Source: Spirochaetia bacterium (GTDB taxonomy: Bacteria > Spirochaetota > Spirochaetia > SP-2023). Taken from it: a DNA stretch of 64,000 nt. Made by a program: the position numbers and the translations under genes. This document shows, piece after piece, positions 61,940 through 64,000 of the stretch; position 1 is the stretch's first letter, and each line of letters starts with the position of its first letter. The notes beneath the pieces are model-generated. The model saw only the letters and a program-made list of their open reading frames with translations, was not told the origin of the DNA and searched no databases. The stretch covers positions 1,440,001 through 1,504,000 of the forward strand of contig CBDDCK010000005.1 of NCBI GenBank assembly GCA_965225855.1, written 5' to 3'.

Positions 61940-62811
61940 GTCTGCGATCCTCCCGCACTAAATGATTTTTGTAAATAAAAGTAAGACACAAGCAACATCA
62001 CGACAGAAAGCAGCACCGCAATTGCAGAACCATATCCCAGATAACCATTTTTGAAAGATTCGTAATACATTGTCAGAGCCAGTGTCTCTGAACTGCGGAA
62101 AGGGCCTCCTTTCGTCATAACCCAAACATTTTCAAAAATTTTGAAGCTATTAATAATTCCCATCAATATAACAATTTGTATTGTGTTAGAAATCATTGGC
62201 AAAATAATTTTCACATACAACGTAAAACCCTTCGCCCCATCGATTCTAGCAGCTTCAATCAATGAGTTATCAACACCTAAAATTCCAGTAATAAATAGAA
62301 TTAAATATAAACCAACCCCTTGATATAAACCAACACTTATCATAACAAATGTATTTAGGTAGGGTATTGCTAGCCAGTTTCTCACGAATGAATCAAACCC
62401 AAGAAATTTAAATATCTGTGGCAGCCCCGAGATAGAAAGCAATATACTCATTACAAGAGCAACAACTGTGCCAGCTAATGCATTTGGGAAGTATAAAATA
62501 TTTTTAAACAAAGTTAAGTTCCAAGAGTTTACCACTAAAATTGCCAATAACAAAGGTATTAAAAAGGCTGTTATAAAAGATGATAAAACCCAGATTAACG
62601 TATTGGTAGCTGAGACAATAAAATTAGCATTATTAAACAGCTCTGTATAATTATTTAGCCCTATAAATTTCATGGAGCCTAAACCATTCCACTCAAAGAA
62701 ACTAATATATACGGTAAATACAATAGACCAAATAAACAGTATAGAGATTAAAATCACTGCGGGAGCTATATATAAATAATCGATATAATTCACAGATTTC
62801 TTTTTATGCAT
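61936..62811 (-). CDS. Carbohydrate ABC permease
   Basis: LIEAARIDGA, MTKGGP, GYGSAIA. Confidence 0.92.
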   Translation of the reverse strand: MHKKKSVNYIDYLYIAPAVILISILFIWSIVFTVYISFFEWNGLGSMKFIGLNNYTELFNNANFIVSATNTLIWVLSSFITAFLIPLLLAILVVNSWNLTLFKNILYFPNALAGTVVALVMSILLSISGLPQIFKFLGFDSFVRNWLAIPYLNTFVMISVGLYQGVGLYLILFITGILGVDNSLIEAARIDGAKGFTLYVKIILPMISNTIQIVILMGIINSFKIFENVWVMTKGGPFRSSETLALTMYYESFKNGYLGYGSAIAVLLSVVMLLVSYFYLQKSFSAGGSQT

Positions 62812-62932
62812 ATGAATACACTCGCATTTAGAGCTATTTAGCTCACTGCAGTAAATTTTATACTGTATAACAATAACATGAATTACAATTTACAAGCAGT
62901 GGCTATTAGGTGTCTGAGCTATTATAAAAAAA

Positions 62933-64000
62933 TTAGTTCCAATACTTCTCTGCTGCTTGTTGCAGAGTAGAAGTGGTATCTTGCGCTGTACTACCTCTAT
63001 AAACAAATCTGGACAATTCTGTTAGAACAATATCGCGTAAAGCTACAGGCGTATTTTCATAGTAGCGCAGCACTAACTGATATTTTGCTGTATCTGCGCC
63101 AAGCTCTACATATTTGGCAAGCACTTTATCCTTAATGTCAACAGCAGAACTTGTTATAAGCCCTCGCTCGTCAGTTAAATATTGTGCAATTTCTTTCTTA
63201 TAATAGTTTCTTAATACCGCTTTGGCCGTTTCTTTTTGTGCGCTATTTTTAGGAACTAAAATAGGAGCTACTTCATAAAATACGGTCATTTTGTCTGTAT
63301 TTGAACTTACATTAGGCAGAACAAAAATATCATACTGTTTACCGGGGACTAATTTAAACTCCTCCGAGAGCCCTGTTACAATATAGCTTTCCTCCATCAT
63401 CATAGCAACTTCTTTTCTTGCGAATGAAGGATTTAAATCATTTTGTAAATGCATTGGCTCAGAAAAATAGCCTTTATTTAGCATATCTTCCCATGTTTCA
63501 AATACTTGCAATACTTTAGGATCTTCAAACGATATTGAGCCATTAGAAACCCCGTGATATAAATTTACATCAAATGATGCCAGAAGCTGCTGAAACCAGT
63601 AAAACCCTGCCCAGCTATCATCTTTCTGACCAATAGGAATGATGCCTGCTGATTTAAATATTCGACATATCTCTAAAAATTCCTCAAAGGTCGCAGGAAC
63701 ATTAACACCATATTCTTCAAATAATTCCCTATTATAGACGATGGCAAAGTTCAAAGAATTTTGTGGAGCCCCATATATTTTCCCCTCAAATGTCATAGCA
63801 TCTGCTAAATCTCTATTTACCCCATCTTTTACATAATACTCCCACTCACTGCTCAAATCTTCTAGCAAACCTTCCTTAGCAAGGTCCGCTAGCGAAGAAC
63901 CTGTCCACCAGGTAAACATTCCTGGGGCAGCATCTGTTACAATCGTTTGTTTTACAGCGCTGGTATAAGCCGCAGTGTCGGTATAATTGACATAATCAAA
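62933..64000 (-). CDS. Carbohydrate ABC substrate-binding protein (5' end beyond the window)
   Basis: Frame is open to position 64000; GKIYGAP...YNRELFEEYG..VPATFEEF. Confidence 0.9.
   Translation of the reverse strand, partial: FDYVNYTDTAAYTSAVKQTIVTDAAPGMFTWWTGSSLADLAKEGLLEDLSSEWEYYVKDGVNRDLADAMTFEGKIYGAPQNSLNFAIVYNRELFEEYGVNVPATFEEFLEICRIFKSAGIIPIGQKDDSWAGFYWFQQLLASFDVNLYHGVSNGSISFEDPKVLQVFETWEDMLNKGYFSEPMHLQNDLNPSFARKEVAMMMEESYIVTGLSEEFKLVPGKQYDIFVLPNVSSNTDKMTVFYEVAPILVPKNSAQKETAKAVLRNYYKKEIAQYLTDERGLITSSAVDIKDKVLAKYVELGADTAKYQLVLRYYENTPVALRDIVLTELSRFVYRGSTAQDTTSTLQQAAEKYWN

Overview
AT-rich bacterial chromosome segment, most likely from a host-associated spirochaete. This is inferred from a DUF3996/BAPKO_0422-like outer-membrane protein, spirochaete-type lipoproteins and a YidC-sulfatase fusion; it was not verified by database search. 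The backbone consists of sugar/acid uptake and catabolism operons (one SsuABC/TauABC-type and three carbohydrate ABC sets, a TRAP transporter, four Gfo/Idh/MocA oxidoreductases, ROK, Man-6-P isomerase-like protein, GH13), housekeeping genes (rsmE, clpP-clpX-lon, asd), a split glutathione-synthesis locus and many gene relics. The main discovery is a family of ~3.1-3.3 kb transposase-less mobile cassettes at 9578-12721, 33983-37305 and (partial) ~55260-57820. They have TG...CA imperfect terminal inverted repeats with paired internal binding-site motifs, and each carries one modular, variable surface lipoprotein gene. Copy 1 has a 6-bp target-site duplication (GTTAGG), and its empty target sequence is still present at 1005-1075. 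The cargo lipoproteins differ in the number of two repeat-domain types, have hypervariable codon patches on a near-identical DNA scaffold, and share a variable poly-C tract in the putative promoter. Together these suggest a transposon-dispersed antigen/adhesin variation system. A 23 x 46-bp tandem array with higher-order structure occupies the 5' end of the outer-membrane protein gene. No CRISPR array, rRNA, tRNA, transposase or reverse transcriptase was recognised.
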